Shown: piece after piece, positions 36,759 through 46,075 of the stretch
Layout: each line of letters starts with the position of its first letter
Position numbering within the stretch: position 1 is the stretch's first letter
Virus genome (UHGV): UHGV-0293664
Length of the DNA stretch: 64,000 nt
Strand: one strand, 5' to 3'
Source of the DNA: a virus
Notes under the pieces: model-generated
Told to the model about the DNA's origin: nothing
Seen by the model: only the letters and a program-made list of their open reading frames with translations
Database searches by the model: none
Made by a program: the position numbers and the translations under genes

Positions 36759-37157
36759 ATGATTTCAGTTTTAACATGGCTGAGCAGGTATAGAGGGGTC
36801 ATAAAAGGTTTAGTTTTTGCAGCTGCGATAGGTACAGCTTATCTTGGGGCCGTATATTGGTTTAACTCTAAGATTAATGAAGCCTACCAAGAGGGTGTAT
36901 CAGCAACAGAGTTAAAGTGGGAACGGATCCTTGATCAGCAACAAAAGCAGGCCGACAAAATTAAAATGGGCCACGCAGAGGAGGTTAAAAACCTTGAAAA
37001 ATCCCTTTCTGATCTGCAGGATAAATTAAATATGGCTGAGAAGGCAGGTAAAGAAAAGCAGATTATCTACCTCCAGTCACCTGAGGGCAAGAAGTCAACA
37101 CTTCCTGATCAGCTTATAGATATTTATAATGAGAGTATCAATCAGGAGGATCAATGA
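36759..37157 (+). CDS. putative i-spanin (Rz-like inner-membrane lysis protein)
   Basis: N-terminal TM helix (VIKGLVFAAAIGTAYLGAVYWF) then charged helical coiled-coil-like region; followed by a lipoprotein gene. Confidence 0.45.
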   Translation: MISVLTWLSRYRGVIKGLVFAAAIGTAYLGAVYWFNSKINEAYQEGVSATELKWERILDQQQKQADKIKMGHAEEVKNLEKSLSDLQDKLNMAEKAGKEKQIIYLQSPEGKKSTLPDQLIDIYNESINQEDQ

Positions 37158-37441
37158 GAGTTGCTACACTGTTTATTGTGTGCTTGTTATTATGTGGGTG
37201 TGCAACCAGCGTTGAGAGAGAATACAAGATTGACCCTCCTGATGTAGGAAGGTTGATTGTTAAACCCCCGGAAGGTGCCATGAAACCACCTGCTAAAGCT
37301 ATGCCTTTGAAGAAAGGTGCGCCAGATGCAGTGAATTCTGGCATTATGAGGGATAATAATCTGTCTTGTAGCAATGATAGAGTTAAATTGATCATTTTGC
37401 AAGACTATATTAGAACACTGTTTCCAAAGGAGAGAGGTTAA
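37154..37441 (+). CDS. putative o-spanin (Rz1-like outer-membrane lipoprotein)
   Basis: Signal peptide with lipobox-like LLLCGC and a Pro-rich mature region (DPPDVG...KPPEGAMKPPAKAMP). Confidence 0.5.
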   Translation: MRVATLFIVCLLLCGCATSVEREYKIDPPDVGRLIVKPPEGAMKPPAKAMPLKKGAPDAVNSGIMRDNNLSCSNDRVKLIILQDYIRTLFPKERG

Positions 37442-37869
37442 TGTCTAAGATTTACGGACCGTGTTCTGAAAAGCAGAAGATGATCCTAGAAAACGATGCA
37501 GATATTTTGGTAATCGGCGGTGCCGCAGGGTCTGGCAAGTCGTTCCTCCTGCAGTTGATGCCGCTTAAAATTATTGATGACCCACACAGCTCTGTGGTTA
37601 TGTTCCGAAGAACAACTCCACAGTTGGAAGGTGAGGGTGGGCTATGGCCTAAAGCAGTAGCTATTTACAGTGATCTGCCTGAAAACATTAAACCAAAGTT
37701 CAGAGAAAAGGATCATAAGTTTATTTTTCCACGGTTTGATCCGAGCACTGGCAAGTGGGATAGGAGCAAAAAGGGGGCCGTTGTAAAATACTGCCACATG
37801 GAGTATGTCCAAGATAAGCTTAACCATCAAGGCCTTGAGTACACAATGGTTTGCTTCGATGAGGGTTAA
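37441..37869 (+). CDS. terminase large subunit, N-terminal ATPase part (exon 1 or split-gene part 1)
   Basis: Walker A VIGGAAGSGKS and Walker B MVCFDE; ORF stops right after Walker B. Confidence 0.75.
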   Translation: MSKIYGPCSEKQKMILENDADILVIGGAAGSGKSFLLQLMPLKIIDDPHSSVVMFRRTTPQLEGEGGLWPKAVAIYSDLPENIKPKFREKDHKFIFPRFDPSTGKWDRSKKGAVVKYCHMEYVQDKLNHQGLEYTMVCFDEG

Positions 37870-37916
37870 TTTGTAGCTCTCGTAAAACCTCCCTAATTGC
37901 GGGGAAATCTTTATTA

Positions 37917-37945
37917 TTGACACCACCAACCTGTCATGGTAACAT
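37917..37945 (+). promoter_or_regulatory. sigma70-like promoter inside the intron-like element
   Basis: TTGACA (37917-37922), 17-nt spacer, TAACAT (37940-37945). Confidence 0.4.
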
Positions 37946-38084
37946 GATAGAGGCTTCGAAGAGAGATCGAAGGTATGGTAACAGTGTGTTAATTTAGATA
38001 ATCCGCAGCGAAGCATCCGAAAGGATGAACGTTCAACGACTAGTCGAAAGACGTAGAATCAAGCGATTCGAAACGGGAGGGTGA

Positions 38085-38675
38085 ATGTGTAATACTAAAA
38101 AATGTATGGATTGCCAAAGAGTTCTACCTCTTGATGATTTCTTTTTATCATCTAAGAGCAAGGATGGATACTCCGGTACATGCAAGGAATGCTATATGTA
38201 CTACAGGAAGAATGGATCTCGTAGAAACAAAAATATGGTTAAGAGAGATGATGCAGCATCTTTTATTCAAGACTTACTGAAGAAAGGTGAGCTTTTTGAA
38301 TGTAAATCTTGTCATGAAAGTATGCTTGCTGATAGTTTTTACACAAAACGTGACTATGGTAAAGTGTATCTGGTTACGAACAGGTGTAAGATGTGTGAAA
38401 AGTTTTATCAGATTGAGAAGAAATTTCACATAACAAAAGATGAATACTATCGTTTACTCTCAGATCAAGATCATAAGTGTGCCATTTGTAGAATATCTCT
38501 TGATGAGTATAGGACGCAAGGGTACAGAGATTTCTTTTGTGTTGATCATGACCATAAAACTGGTGCTGTAAGAGGGTTGCTTTGTGATAAATGCAACAGA
38601 GCTTTAGGTTTCTTCCAAGAGGATGAGGAAACCATTCTTAGAGCAGCAGAGTATTTGCACATTCATAAGATATAG
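38085..38675 (+). CDS. HNH / endonuclease VII-like homing endonuclease
   Basis: CVDHDHKTGAVRGLLCDKCNRALGFF EndoVII/HNH catalytic core plus N-terminal Cys clusters; lies within the terminase interruption. Confidence 0.7.
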   Translation: MCNTKKCMDCQRVLPLDDFFLSSKSKDGYSGTCKECYMYYRKNGSRRNKNMVKRDDAASFIQDLLKKGELFECKSCHESMLADSFYTKRDYGKVYLVTNRCKMCEKFYQIEKKFHITKDEYYRLLSDQDHKCAICRISLDEYRTQGYRDFFCVDHDHKTGAVRGLLCDKCNRALGFFQEDEETILRAAEYLHIHKI

Positions 38676-38782
38676 TCTGGTCTGCATGGAGACATGCAGC
38701 TGCCTGAAAATGGCGGGGCAAGACTAGCGACCTTGCCCGAACATAAACGACGCAGTTCGAATGGGAGCAGATAGACTATCTG

Positions 38783-39871
38783 ATGTCTCGTCTGCGATCT
38801 CAGTCAAAGTATCCATCAAGAATGGTTATCAGCTGTAACCCCGATTCAGAACACATGCTTGCCAAACTGGTTAGGTGGTGGTTGGACGATGAAGGGTATC
38901 CAGATCCGGAGAAATGCGGTAAGAAAAGATATTTTATCCGACGCGACGGTGAATTTATCTGGGGAGACTCTAAAGAAGAGTTGATAGAGAAATACACCAC
39001 GGTTAACGGACTGGGTGTAGAGATCAAGCCGAGACCGTTGTCATTCTCGTTTATAGGCGCAACAATCTTCGATAATCCTGTCTGTTTGAGAGACAACCCA
39101 GAATACCTTGCTTTCCTTGAAGGTCTACCCGAGCTTGAAAAAGCTCAGCTTCTTCATGGCAACTGGTTTGCCAAACCTGAGGGTGCGAACTATTTCCAAA
39201 GATCTTTCCTTCGTGATGCCGATAGAGTACCACTTGGATCAGTATCTTGCAGGGCATGGGATAAAGCTGGAACTGAAAGAACTTCAGGTAATAAATTCCC
39301 TGACTTTACCGCCAGTGTTAAGGTAAGTAAAGATAGCGACGGCTTTTATTACCTGTCCGGTTATTATTGTCCTGAGAACGTGGATGACGGGAGGTATTCC
39401 ACAGGTCTGGAAGGTAAGTTCTGTAAAAAGGCTGGTGAACGAGATGTGATCATCAGGAAACAGGCACAGTTTGATGGTGATGATTGTATAATCGTATTCT
39501 CTGTGGACCCCGGTCAGGCAGGTAAGAGTGAGTTCTTAACTTCCTCCAGATCCTTACTCGCCGAAGGGTTTAGGGTTGAAGAAGACCCAATGCCTTCCAA
39601 CAAATCTAAACTAACAAGGTTCTCACCTTTTGCCAATCTTGCCCAACAAGGAATGGTGAGGATTGTAAAATCCAGTTTTCATCCTGATACTCTGGAAGCA
39701 TTTCTGACTGAACTTGAAAAATTCAACGGGGAAAGATCAACATTTAACAGAAAAGACGACTGGGCCGACTGTGTAGCTTCTGCGATTAATTTCCTGGAGA
39801 AAGAGGAGGTAGCACTTCCTTGTGTTATTCCATCAATCTCATCACCTTCTATGTTCAAGCGTTTTATCTAA
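38783..39871 (+). CDS. terminase large subunit, C-terminal nuclease part (exon 2 or part 2)
   Basis: Continues colinearly after the Walker B region; acidic catalytic-type residues (VDPGQAGKSE, DDWADCVASA); true 5' boundary undetermined. Confidence 0.7.
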   Translation: MSRLRSQSKYPSRMVISCNPDSEHMLAKLVRWWLDDEGYPDPEKCGKKRYFIRRDGEFIWGDSKEELIEKYTTVNGLGVEIKPRPLSFSFIGATIFDNPVCLRDNPEYLAFLEGLPELEKAQLLHGNWFAKPEGANYFQRSFLRDADRVPLGSVSCRAWDKAGTERTSGNKFPDFTASVKVSKDSDGFYYLSGYYCPENVDDGRYSTGLEGKFCKKAGERDVIIRKQAQFDGDDCIIVFSVDPGQAGKSEFLTSSRSLLAEGFRVEEDPMPSNKSKLTRFSPFANLAQQGMVRIVKSSFHPDTLEAFLTELEKFNGERSTFNRKDDWADCVASAINFLEKEEVALPCVIPSISSPSMFKRFI

Positions 39872-39874
39872 GTG

Positions 39875-39903
39875 TTGCCAATCTTGATCAGATGTGGTAC
39901 AAT
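39875..39903 (+). promoter_or_regulatory. sigma70-like promoter upstream of portal gene
   Basis: TTGCCA (39875-39880), 17-nt spacer, TACAAT (39898-39903). Confidence 0.45.
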
Positions 39904-39971
39904 AGAGTAATTGGAGATAATAGCCCTCTGATGAGGGCTATTTTGTTATACTGTTTTGAGGGGTAAAGCTT

Positions 39972-41528
39972 GTGTCCAAAAAGAACCGCAGGAAACACAA
40001 CGCCACAGCCAAAACTGTGAATAAATCTGGGAACGCAGGCGCACCAACTCATAATGTTCGTATGAGTGAGATCGGTTCTGGCGCACTTTCCCAAATTATG
40101 GCAGAATCGCAATCTATGATGGTTGAGGAATTGCGTTGGCCTCAGCTGATTGCCACCGTGGAGACTATGAAATGTGATTCCACAGTTGCTACTGCCTTAG
40201 ATACAAAATATGTTTTCATCACGAAAGCATTCAATGATTTTAAGATCCTTTATAATGTTAAAAGTGAAGACTCTAAGAAAGCTGCAGAGCTTATAGAGTA
40301 TTCTTTGCGTAATTTGGCAAACCAACAAACTCTTCGAGATATCGCAAGAAGCGCAGCTACCTTTAACGAGTATGGTTTTTCACTGTTTGAGAAAGTATAC
40401 CGCAGAGAGAAAGAAGGTAAATATGCCGGGATGCTTCTTATTGATAAAATTGCATTCCGACCTCAGGCCAGCTTGTCCAGATCAGAGCCGTTTGTTTTTG
40501 ACAAGAATAGTAGAACACTGACAGGTATTTATCAGTCACCTAATGCATTTCTAAACACTCAGAATGCACGCTGGGCTGGACCTCTTGCTGCAATGCCTTC
40601 AAAAGGCTTTAATGAGCCTGAAATTTTCATCCCTGCTAAAAAGCTTATGCTCATGACCCTGTCAGGAACAGAATCTAACCCTGCAGGTGTATCACCAATG
40701 ATAGGTTGCTACAGATCTTTCCGTGAGAAAGTTCTGATTGAAAACCTTGAGGTTGTTGGCTGTTCCAAAGACCTTGGTGGTGTGCTTGAGCTGAAAATTC
40801 CTTCCAATATTTTGAACAAGGCCAGCATTGACCCGAATTCAATGGAAGGGAGAATGGTTGCAGACCTTATGCTTGACGCAGCAAACGCCCATAGTGGTGA
40901 GCAAAGTTTCTTTATACTTCCGTCTGATAGAGATAAGTCTGGTAAAGAGCTTTACTCCATGACCCTGAAGGGGGTTGACGGTATGGGTAAGCAGTATTCC
41001 ACTAAAGATTTGATTGATGCCCGTAAGAAGGCGATTCTTGACCGTTTCGGTGCTGGCTTTATTAACCTTGGTAACGATAACGTCGGATCTTTCTCTCTGT
41101 CTGAGTCAAAACAGTCTATCCATGGTCATTTTGTTCAGCGTGATATAGATATTATCACTGAGGCCTTCAATAAAGATCTTATCCCACAGCTTCTGGCATT
41201 GAATGGTATCATCCTTGAAGATGATGATATGCCTAAACTGAAACCTGGTCTGATTGAAGAGGTGGACATGGAGAGCTTCTCCAAGTTTGTCCAGAGGATC
41301 GGTGCTGTAGGTTACTTGCCAAAAACTCCTGCAGTAATTAATAAGATTCTTGAAGTAGGCGGGTTTGATGAAAGATTTGACGAGGACATGGATCAGGAAG
41401 AGCTGATGAAGCTCTTGGGCCAGGACATTAGTAGGGCTGGTGATGGAATGGCTGCAGGATCCACTGGCAACGGCACTTCTAAGATGTCATCAACCAGAGA
41501 TAATTCCATATCCAACATGGAAAATTAA
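39972..41528 (+). CDS. putative portal protein
   Basis: 518-aa protein directly downstream of terminase (GTG start); assignment by position and size only. Confidence 0.55.
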   Translation: MSKKNRRKHNATAKTVNKSGNAGAPTHNVRMSEIGSGALSQIMAESQSMMVEELRWPQLIATVETMKCDSTVATALDTKYVFITKAFNDFKILYNVKSEDSKKAAELIEYSLRNLANQQTLRDIARSAATFNEYGFSLFEKVYRREKEGKYAGMLLIDKIAFRPQASLSRSEPFVFDKNSRTLTGIYQSPNAFLNTQNARWAGPLAAMPSKGFNEPEIFIPAKKLMLMTLSGTESNPAGVSPMIGCYRSFREKVLIENLEVVGCSKDLGGVLELKIPSNILNKASIDPNSMEGRMVADLMLDAANAHSGEQSFFILPSDRDKSGKELYSMTLKGVDGMGKQYSTKDLIDARKKAILDRFGAGFINLGNDNVGSFSLSESKQSIHGHFVQRDIDIITEAFNKDLIPQLLALNGIILEDDDMPKLKPGLIEEVDMESFSKFVQRIGAVGYLPKTPAVINKILEVGGFDERFDEDMDQEELMKLLGQDISRAGDGMAAGSTGNGTSKMSSTRDNSISNMEN

Positions 41529-41547
41529 AAATTATCAACACAGGGGG

Positions 41548-41576
41548 TTGCAAAACCTCCTTTGGCGTGATAAAAT
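41548..41576 (+). promoter_or_regulatory. sigma70-like promoter
   Basis: TTGCAA (41548-41553), 17-nt spacer, TAAAAT (41571-41576). Confidence 0.4.
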
Positions 41577-41595
41577 AATCCACATGGGGAATAAG

Positions 41596-42015
41596 ATGCC
41601 ACAGGAAGAAATGATTTCCTACGAAATCATCTACGAGCCTGACACTAAAGATGCTCACGGTGAGTGGATGAGTAAAGACACCATCAAAAAGGCTAAAGAT
41701 AACTGGGACGCAGCATACGCCGCAGGCCTAGTTTCTGAAAACCTTTTTCACTTGACCTCTACAGATGCTTTCACCATTGAAAAGACGTGGATTCAAGAAG
41801 AGTTTGATGTTGTAGTGATTGGCACTGAGCAGGTCATCAAGGCTGGCTCTTGGGTTGCTAAAGTTAAATACAATAATCCTGAATTATGGGAAGCTAAGAA
41901 GGCTGGCATTGTTGGTGGCCTAAGCATTCAGGCAACAGGTAATGTTGATGAAGAAACTGGTGAAATTACCAACGTAAACTTCGGGATCAGTGTTGTAGAA
42001 GAGGGCAATGAATAA
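41596..42015 (+). CDS. hypothetical head-module protein
   Basis: ORF between portal and scaffold; start placed at ATG 41596 rather than the longer track ORF that overlaps portal. Confidence 0.35.
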   Translation: MPQEEMISYEIIYEPDTKDAHGEWMSKDTIKKAKDNWDAAYAAGLVSENLFHLTSTDAFTIEKTWIQEEFDVVVIGTEQVIKAGSWVAKVKYNNPELWEAKKAGIVGGLSIQATGNVDEETGEITNVNFGISVVEEGNE

Positions 42016-42992
42016 TGTCTGAAAAAACGATTACTATTAAAGAGAAGGGGATTGCCCTGTGCCATAAGGCGCAAGGCTATAGCGCTAACAACAGACCTGT
42101 ATCTCTTTTGATGAAGAGTGATCTTCAGCCTGAGCAGTTGACAGACGATATTGTTAAGGCACTTCGCCAAGTTACTGTGGAGCTTAGTTTTGAAGAATAC
42201 CTGCGTCGTTTCTTCGATATGTGGTATGACGATGCCAAGGCACTTGCACACATGCTTGGTTTTGAGATTGAAGAGGAAGCTTGGGCTAAAGAGCATCCTG
42301 ATTGGGAATGGGCGCAAGCTGACGCAGAGTCTTGCATTGCATGGCTGGAAGAGCGTTGTGATAACGTGACCATTCATAAAGCTGCAAAAGAAGGCAAGCA
42401 GCTTAGTGTGGTAGATCAGTACAGCCTGTTAAAAACACAACAGATTTTTGAACAAGTAACCGCTGATCTCTTCGATAAAGAAGGGAACCTGATCAAGGCG
42501 GTACAGGAACCTACTGAGGTGGATAAAACTACCGAGGTGGATGATGTTGCAAAATCCGCAAATACCGAGGAGAATCCGGTGGACGTAACCAAAACTAAAG
42601 AGTATCTGGATCTGCTGAAGCAAGTAGAAGAGCTGAAAGCAACCCAGAGTAAAGCTGAAGAAATCATCAAGGCCCAGGTTGAAGTTGAAAAAGCTAAAAT
42701 GCTGGCTAAAGCTCAAGCTTTAAGCTTTGTTGGTGAAGAAGATCATGCAACCCTTGTTGACTTCATGCTGGAAAAAGCTAACGAACCTATCGTAGCTATG
42801 CTGGAGAAAGCTCAAGCCAAAATTAAAGAGCTGGAAGCAGAGGTGCATAAAACCAAAGAAGAGTTTGCCACCACTGAACATGGTAATGATGGCGAACCTG
42901 TTGTGGATGATATTGCAAAATCCGCAGAAGAAATTCTTGCTGAAAACGTTGCAAAAGCGCTTGCTCGTGCACGTGCAGAATCTAACAAATAA
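42015..42992 (+). CDS. putative scaffolding protein
   Basis: Acidic, helix-rich, coiled-coil-like (KAQVEVEKAKMLAKAQ); located just before decoration and capsid genes. Confidence 0.5.
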   Translation: MSEKTITIKEKGIALCHKAQGYSANNRPVSLLMKSDLQPEQLTDDIVKALRQVTVELSFEEYLRRFFDMWYDDAKALAHMLGFEIEEEAWAKEHPDWEWAQADAESCIAWLEERCDNVTIHKAAKEGKQLSVVDQYSLLKTQQIFEQVTADLFDKEGNLIKAVQEPTEVDKTTEVDDVAKSANTEENPVDVTKTKEYLDLLKQVEELKATQSKAEEIIKAQVEVEKAKMLAKAQALSFVGEEDHATLVDFMLEKANEPIVAMLEKAQAKIKELEAEVHKTKEEFATTEHGNDGEPVVDDIAKSAEEILAENVAKALARARAESNK

Positions 42993-43012
42993 GACATTAA
43001 CGGGGGAAATAA

Positions 43013-43402
43013 ATGATTACCGCTCAATATTCTGATATCGTGCTCGGCAAAGTTGATTCTAGCGATGCTGGCTACAATTTTAAAGAGATGGAAATTACAC
43101 TGACAGAGCACCATCATGCTGGCACTGTTGTAACAAAAATTGGCACTATCGCTAACGATGATGGCTCAGATGTTTATGGTGTTCTTGTAGACCGAGCTCT
43201 GGTAAAAGATGCAGGAAAAGTTCATCTGGCTGAGCCTCTGCAAACAGGTCAGAAATATAAACTGGTTGTTGCAGTTCACGGTGTTACCTTTGCAAAAGAT
43301 AAGCTGCTAGGGTCTAACGGTGAAGCAGCTAAGCAGGCTGTTCTTGAAAAGCTGGAAGCTCTGGGTAACAAAGTTCACGTCCAGACTCTTGGTGAAGAGT
43401 AA
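43013..43402 (+). CDS. putative head decoration protein (lambda gpD-like position)
   Basis: 129-aa protein between scaffold and major capsid; codon usage of a highly expressed gene. Confidence 0.4.
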   Translation: MITAQYSDIVLGKVDSSDAGYNFKEMEITLTEHHHAGTVVTKIGTIANDDGSDVYGVLVDRALVKDAGKVHLAEPLQTGQKYKLVVAVHGVTFAKDKLLGSNGEAAKQAVLEKLEALGNKVHVQTLGEE

Positions 43403-43449
43403 GCCCTAAATAGTTCGGGAAATATTTAAGTTTTACTTTGGAGAAATAA

Positions 43450-44460
43450 ATGATTACTCGTAAAGATGAATTTGGCATTGTTGATTTAGGTGCTACTCTG
43501 GACCTTGTTCCGCGCCAATTCCGACTGATTACCGGTATGGATCTGTTCGAAACCCGTCTCGGCACCTCAACAATTGCTCAGATCGAGCGTGTTGATGAAG
43601 TCGTAACCGACATTCCGGCACGCCGTCGTGGTGGTGAGCGTAACTACGTTGGTAGTGAACGTGCTCAGGTTAAAAACCTGAACATCCCGTTCTTCCCTCT
43701 GGACAAAGGCATCACCGCAGCAGATGTTCAGAACTTCCGTCGTTACTTCACTCCTGATGCTCCGAAAACTGTTCAGGACGTAGTAACCCGCGTTGTTCGC
43801 CGTATCCGTGTTTCTCATGAAGCACTGCGTGAGAAAGCGCTGTTCCAGGCTATTCTGGGTAAATCCTATGCACCTGGTGACACAACCTGTCAGTATGACT
43901 ACTACACTCTGTGGGGTGTGACTCAGAAGTCTGTTGAGATTGACCCTGCAAAAGCAGATCAGGATCCGATGGAGGTTCTGGAAGAAGCTCGTCTGCACAT
44001 CGCGCTGCAAGCTGGCGATAACGCAGCTGGTTATCGTATTGTAGCCCTGTGCTCACCAGAGTTCTTCAGTGCTATTACCCATCACCCACTGGTAGAACTG
44101 GCATACACCTATTACGGCTCTGCTCAGGAACCTCTGCGTCGCCGTCTGGGTGCAGGTGGTCAAGACAGCGTATACCGTGTGTTTGAGCATAAAGGTATCA
44201 CCTTTATCGAAGATATCTCTGGCAATATTCCTAAGAAAGAAGCTCGCATTCTGCCGATGGGTATTGATCAGATGTTCCAGCTGCACTTTGCTCCGGCAGA
44301 TGATGTTAACGAAGCAAACACTCCAGCACAGGAACTGTACATGTGGTATAAACACTCTGCATACCTGCGTGAAGAGAAGATTGAATCTGAAACTTCCATG
44401 CTGGCAGTTAACACCCGTCCAGAGCTGGTTGTTAAAGCAACTCTGAAAGCTGGTGGCTAA
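43450..44460 (+). CDS. major capsid protein (lambda gpE-like size and position)
   Basis: 336 aa, biased high-expression codons, strong terminator immediately downstream, lambda-like gene order. Confidence 0.65.
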   Translation: MITRKDEFGIVDLGATLDLVPRQFRLITGMDLFETRLGTSTIAQIERVDEVVTDIPARRRGGERNYVGSERAQVKNLNIPFFPLDKGITAADVQNFRRYFTPDAPKTVQDVVTRVVRRIRVSHEALREKALFQAILGKSYAPGDTTCQYDYYTLWGVTQKSVEIDPAKADQDPMEVLEEARLHIALQAGDNAAGYRIVALCSPEFFSAITHHPLVELAYTYYGSAQEPLRRRLGAGGQDSVYRVFEHKGITFIEDISGNIPKKEARILPMGIDQMFQLHFAPADDVNEANTPAQELYMWYKHSAYLREEKIESETSMLAVNTRPELVVKATLKAGG

Positions 44461-44484
44461 TCACTGATGTGATTCATCCCATAT

Positions 44485-44515
44485 GGGGAGGGGGTTCTCC
44501 CCTCCCCTTTTTATT
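44485..44515 (+). terminator. rho-independent terminator
   Basis: GGGGAGGGGG-ttct-CCCCTCCCC hairpin then T-run. Confidence 0.7.
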
Positions 44516-44540
44516 TATTAGGGTTTACCAGGAGTGTCCC

Positions 44541-45389
44541 GTGAAGAGAGCTGTATATCCAGTCGAGTATGATCCTCTATTAAGAGTTTTCAACAATCAG
44601 TTAAGTTTTTATCAATTTTTAGCACAATATAACCCAGAAATCAATGTTGGTTTATCAGCCCTGCTGCCACCAACAGAATTCGTTATCGGCAGTGTTCACT
44701 ATCCGTGCAGAACGATTGTAGACTTCTTCGAGAAGATTGCAAAACATACAGGACTGCCAATTGATCCTGGTATTTCAACTATCCGTATGGGTGTTATTCT
44801 TCTGTTCTTCACAGAGAACCTTGATGAAAGCACTTTAACACTGCAAAGCGGGGATGTCAATATCACACTCACCCCGTCAGTGTTTAAAGAGGTAGATGCT
44901 GCTTTCCAAGTTTCCGTGGCAGAGGGCCATCTATGGGACCCTGTAGGGATGCCTAAAAAAGTGACCATAAACGATGAGCAATGCAATATTGTTTATGAAG
45001 AAGATACCCAAACCTTCACCATTGAGTGGCCTAAGAAACGTTCTCAGGTTGTAAATCTTGGACTGGTCTCTACGATAGCTCCACCGCCTGAACCAGAGCC
45101 GGAGCCGCCTGTAGGTCCTACTGAACCTGGTGGTGGTGGTGAAGAATCTCAAGGTCCGACTGTACCTGAGGAAGGCACTGAGCAGGATCCTGAACAGGCA
45201 CAAGAATCAAGATCTTCTCGCAGTGATGTTGATGCCATACTACAGCAGGCCGCAGCTCTTAACAACGAAGATGACAAAAGTGGTTCAAAAGATGCACTTC
45301 AAGCCTTCGCTAAAGAGTACGGTGTTACCTTAAGTAAGGCAAAAACTTTCCAAAATATGATGAAAGATTTTGAGGCTGCACTGGCATAA
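44541..45389 (+). CDS. hypothetical structural protein with Pro/Glu-rich linker
   Basis: GTG start after AGGAG; low-complexity PPPEPEPEPPVGPTEPGGGGEE segment. Confidence 0.4.
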   Translation: MKRAVYPVEYDPLLRVFNNQLSFYQFLAQYNPEINVGLSALLPPTEFVIGSVHYPCRTIVDFFEKIAKHTGLPIDPGISTIRMGVILLFFTENLDESTLTLQSGDVNITLTPSVFKEVDAAFQVSVAEGHLWDPVGMPKKVTINDEQCNIVYEEDTQTFTIEWPKKRSQVVNLGLVSTIAPPPEPEPEPPVGPTEPGGGGEESQGPTVPEEGTEQDPEQAQESRSSRSDVDAILQQAAALNNEDDKSGSKDALQAFAKEYGVTLSKAKTFQNMMKDFEAALA

Positions 45390-45399
45390 TTTTGTTAAG

Positions 45400-45433
45400 G
45401 CCCCTTCCAAATCAGGAATGGGGCTTTATTTTT
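45400..45433 (+). terminator. rho-independent terminator
   Basis: GCCCC...GGGGC hairpin followed by TTTATTTTT. Confidence 0.45.
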
Positions 45434-45448
45434 ACGAGGTATTTTCAA

Positions 45449-46069
45449 ATGGCATGGTATGAAGATGAAGAGATTATCCCGTCCCCGCCTAACCATGATG
45501 GTGTAGTTGATACCCCAGAAGAACCACCAAAAGAAGATCCTGTACCTCCGGAACCTGATCCAGACCAACCTCTTATTAATATTATGAGGTTGTTGCTTGG
45601 CAATGTTGATGAGGAAACCCTCCCTGACGAGGTAATTAAAACATTCCTTGACATGGAGAAGCTGAAACTAAATTATCCGGCAGACCCTGATAAGCTACCT
45701 CTGCTTAAGTACAATGTGCTTGTGCAGCTTGTGCGGTGGCTGATGATGCAGGAAGTGTCCAGCGGTAATGCAAGTATAACTTCTCGTCTGGAAAAAATAG
45801 GTGATGAGACCATAGAGATTCGTGGTGGATCTGCCTACGCCCAGTGGAAAGATTTCCTTGATTGGCTGCTGGCACACCCAGACTATGTAGACTCTGAGCT
45901 GGATGCTTACAGCAGAATGATTATCATTGGTGGTGTTCGTGTAGACGAAGGAATTCGGGTTAAATTTAATGAAAACAGCAACGGCCCGTTCGATGTCCAA
46001 GGGATTACACCTATCAGTGGTCTAAATAATCAACCTCCTCGCCACCCAAGACGCAAACGCAGTTTTTAA
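45449..46069 (+). CDS. hypothetical structural protein with Pro/Glu-rich N-terminus
   Basis: Start at ATG 45449 (MAWYEDEE); EEPPKEDPVPPEPDPDQP segment. Confidence 0.4.
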   Translation: MAWYEDEEIIPSPPNHDGVVDTPEEPPKEDPVPPEPDPDQPLINIMRLLLGNVDEETLPDEVIKTFLDMEKLKLNYPADPDKLPLLKYNVLVQLVRWLMMQEVSSGNASITSRLEKIGDETIEIRGGSAYAQWKDFLDWLLAHPDYVDSELDAYSRMIIIGGVRVDEGIRVKFNENSNGPFDVQGITPISGLNNQPPRHPRRKRSF

Positions 46070-46075
46070 AAATTG

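Larger units (their letters stand above)
37870..38782 (+). mobile_element. putative group I intron (or intron-like insertion) carrying an HNH endonuclease ORF
   Basis: About 0.9 kb between the ATPase and nuclease halves of terminase; GC-rich structured flanks with GACTAG/TAGTC-type elements; internal promoter and endonuclease ORF; boundaries approximate. Confidence 0.5.

Noticed and set aside
41440-41595. Longer 191-aa version of the gene after portal (start at 41440)
   Set aside because: The upstream extension overlaps the portal 3' end and includes the intergenic promoter; the ATG at 41596 downstream of the promoter is more plausible.
42125-44355. Antisense ORFs within the scaffold and capsid genes (e.g. 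42125-42373, 43567-44010, 44053-44355)
   Set aside because: They lie opposite to highly supported structural genes with strong codon bias on the plus strand; shadow ORFs.
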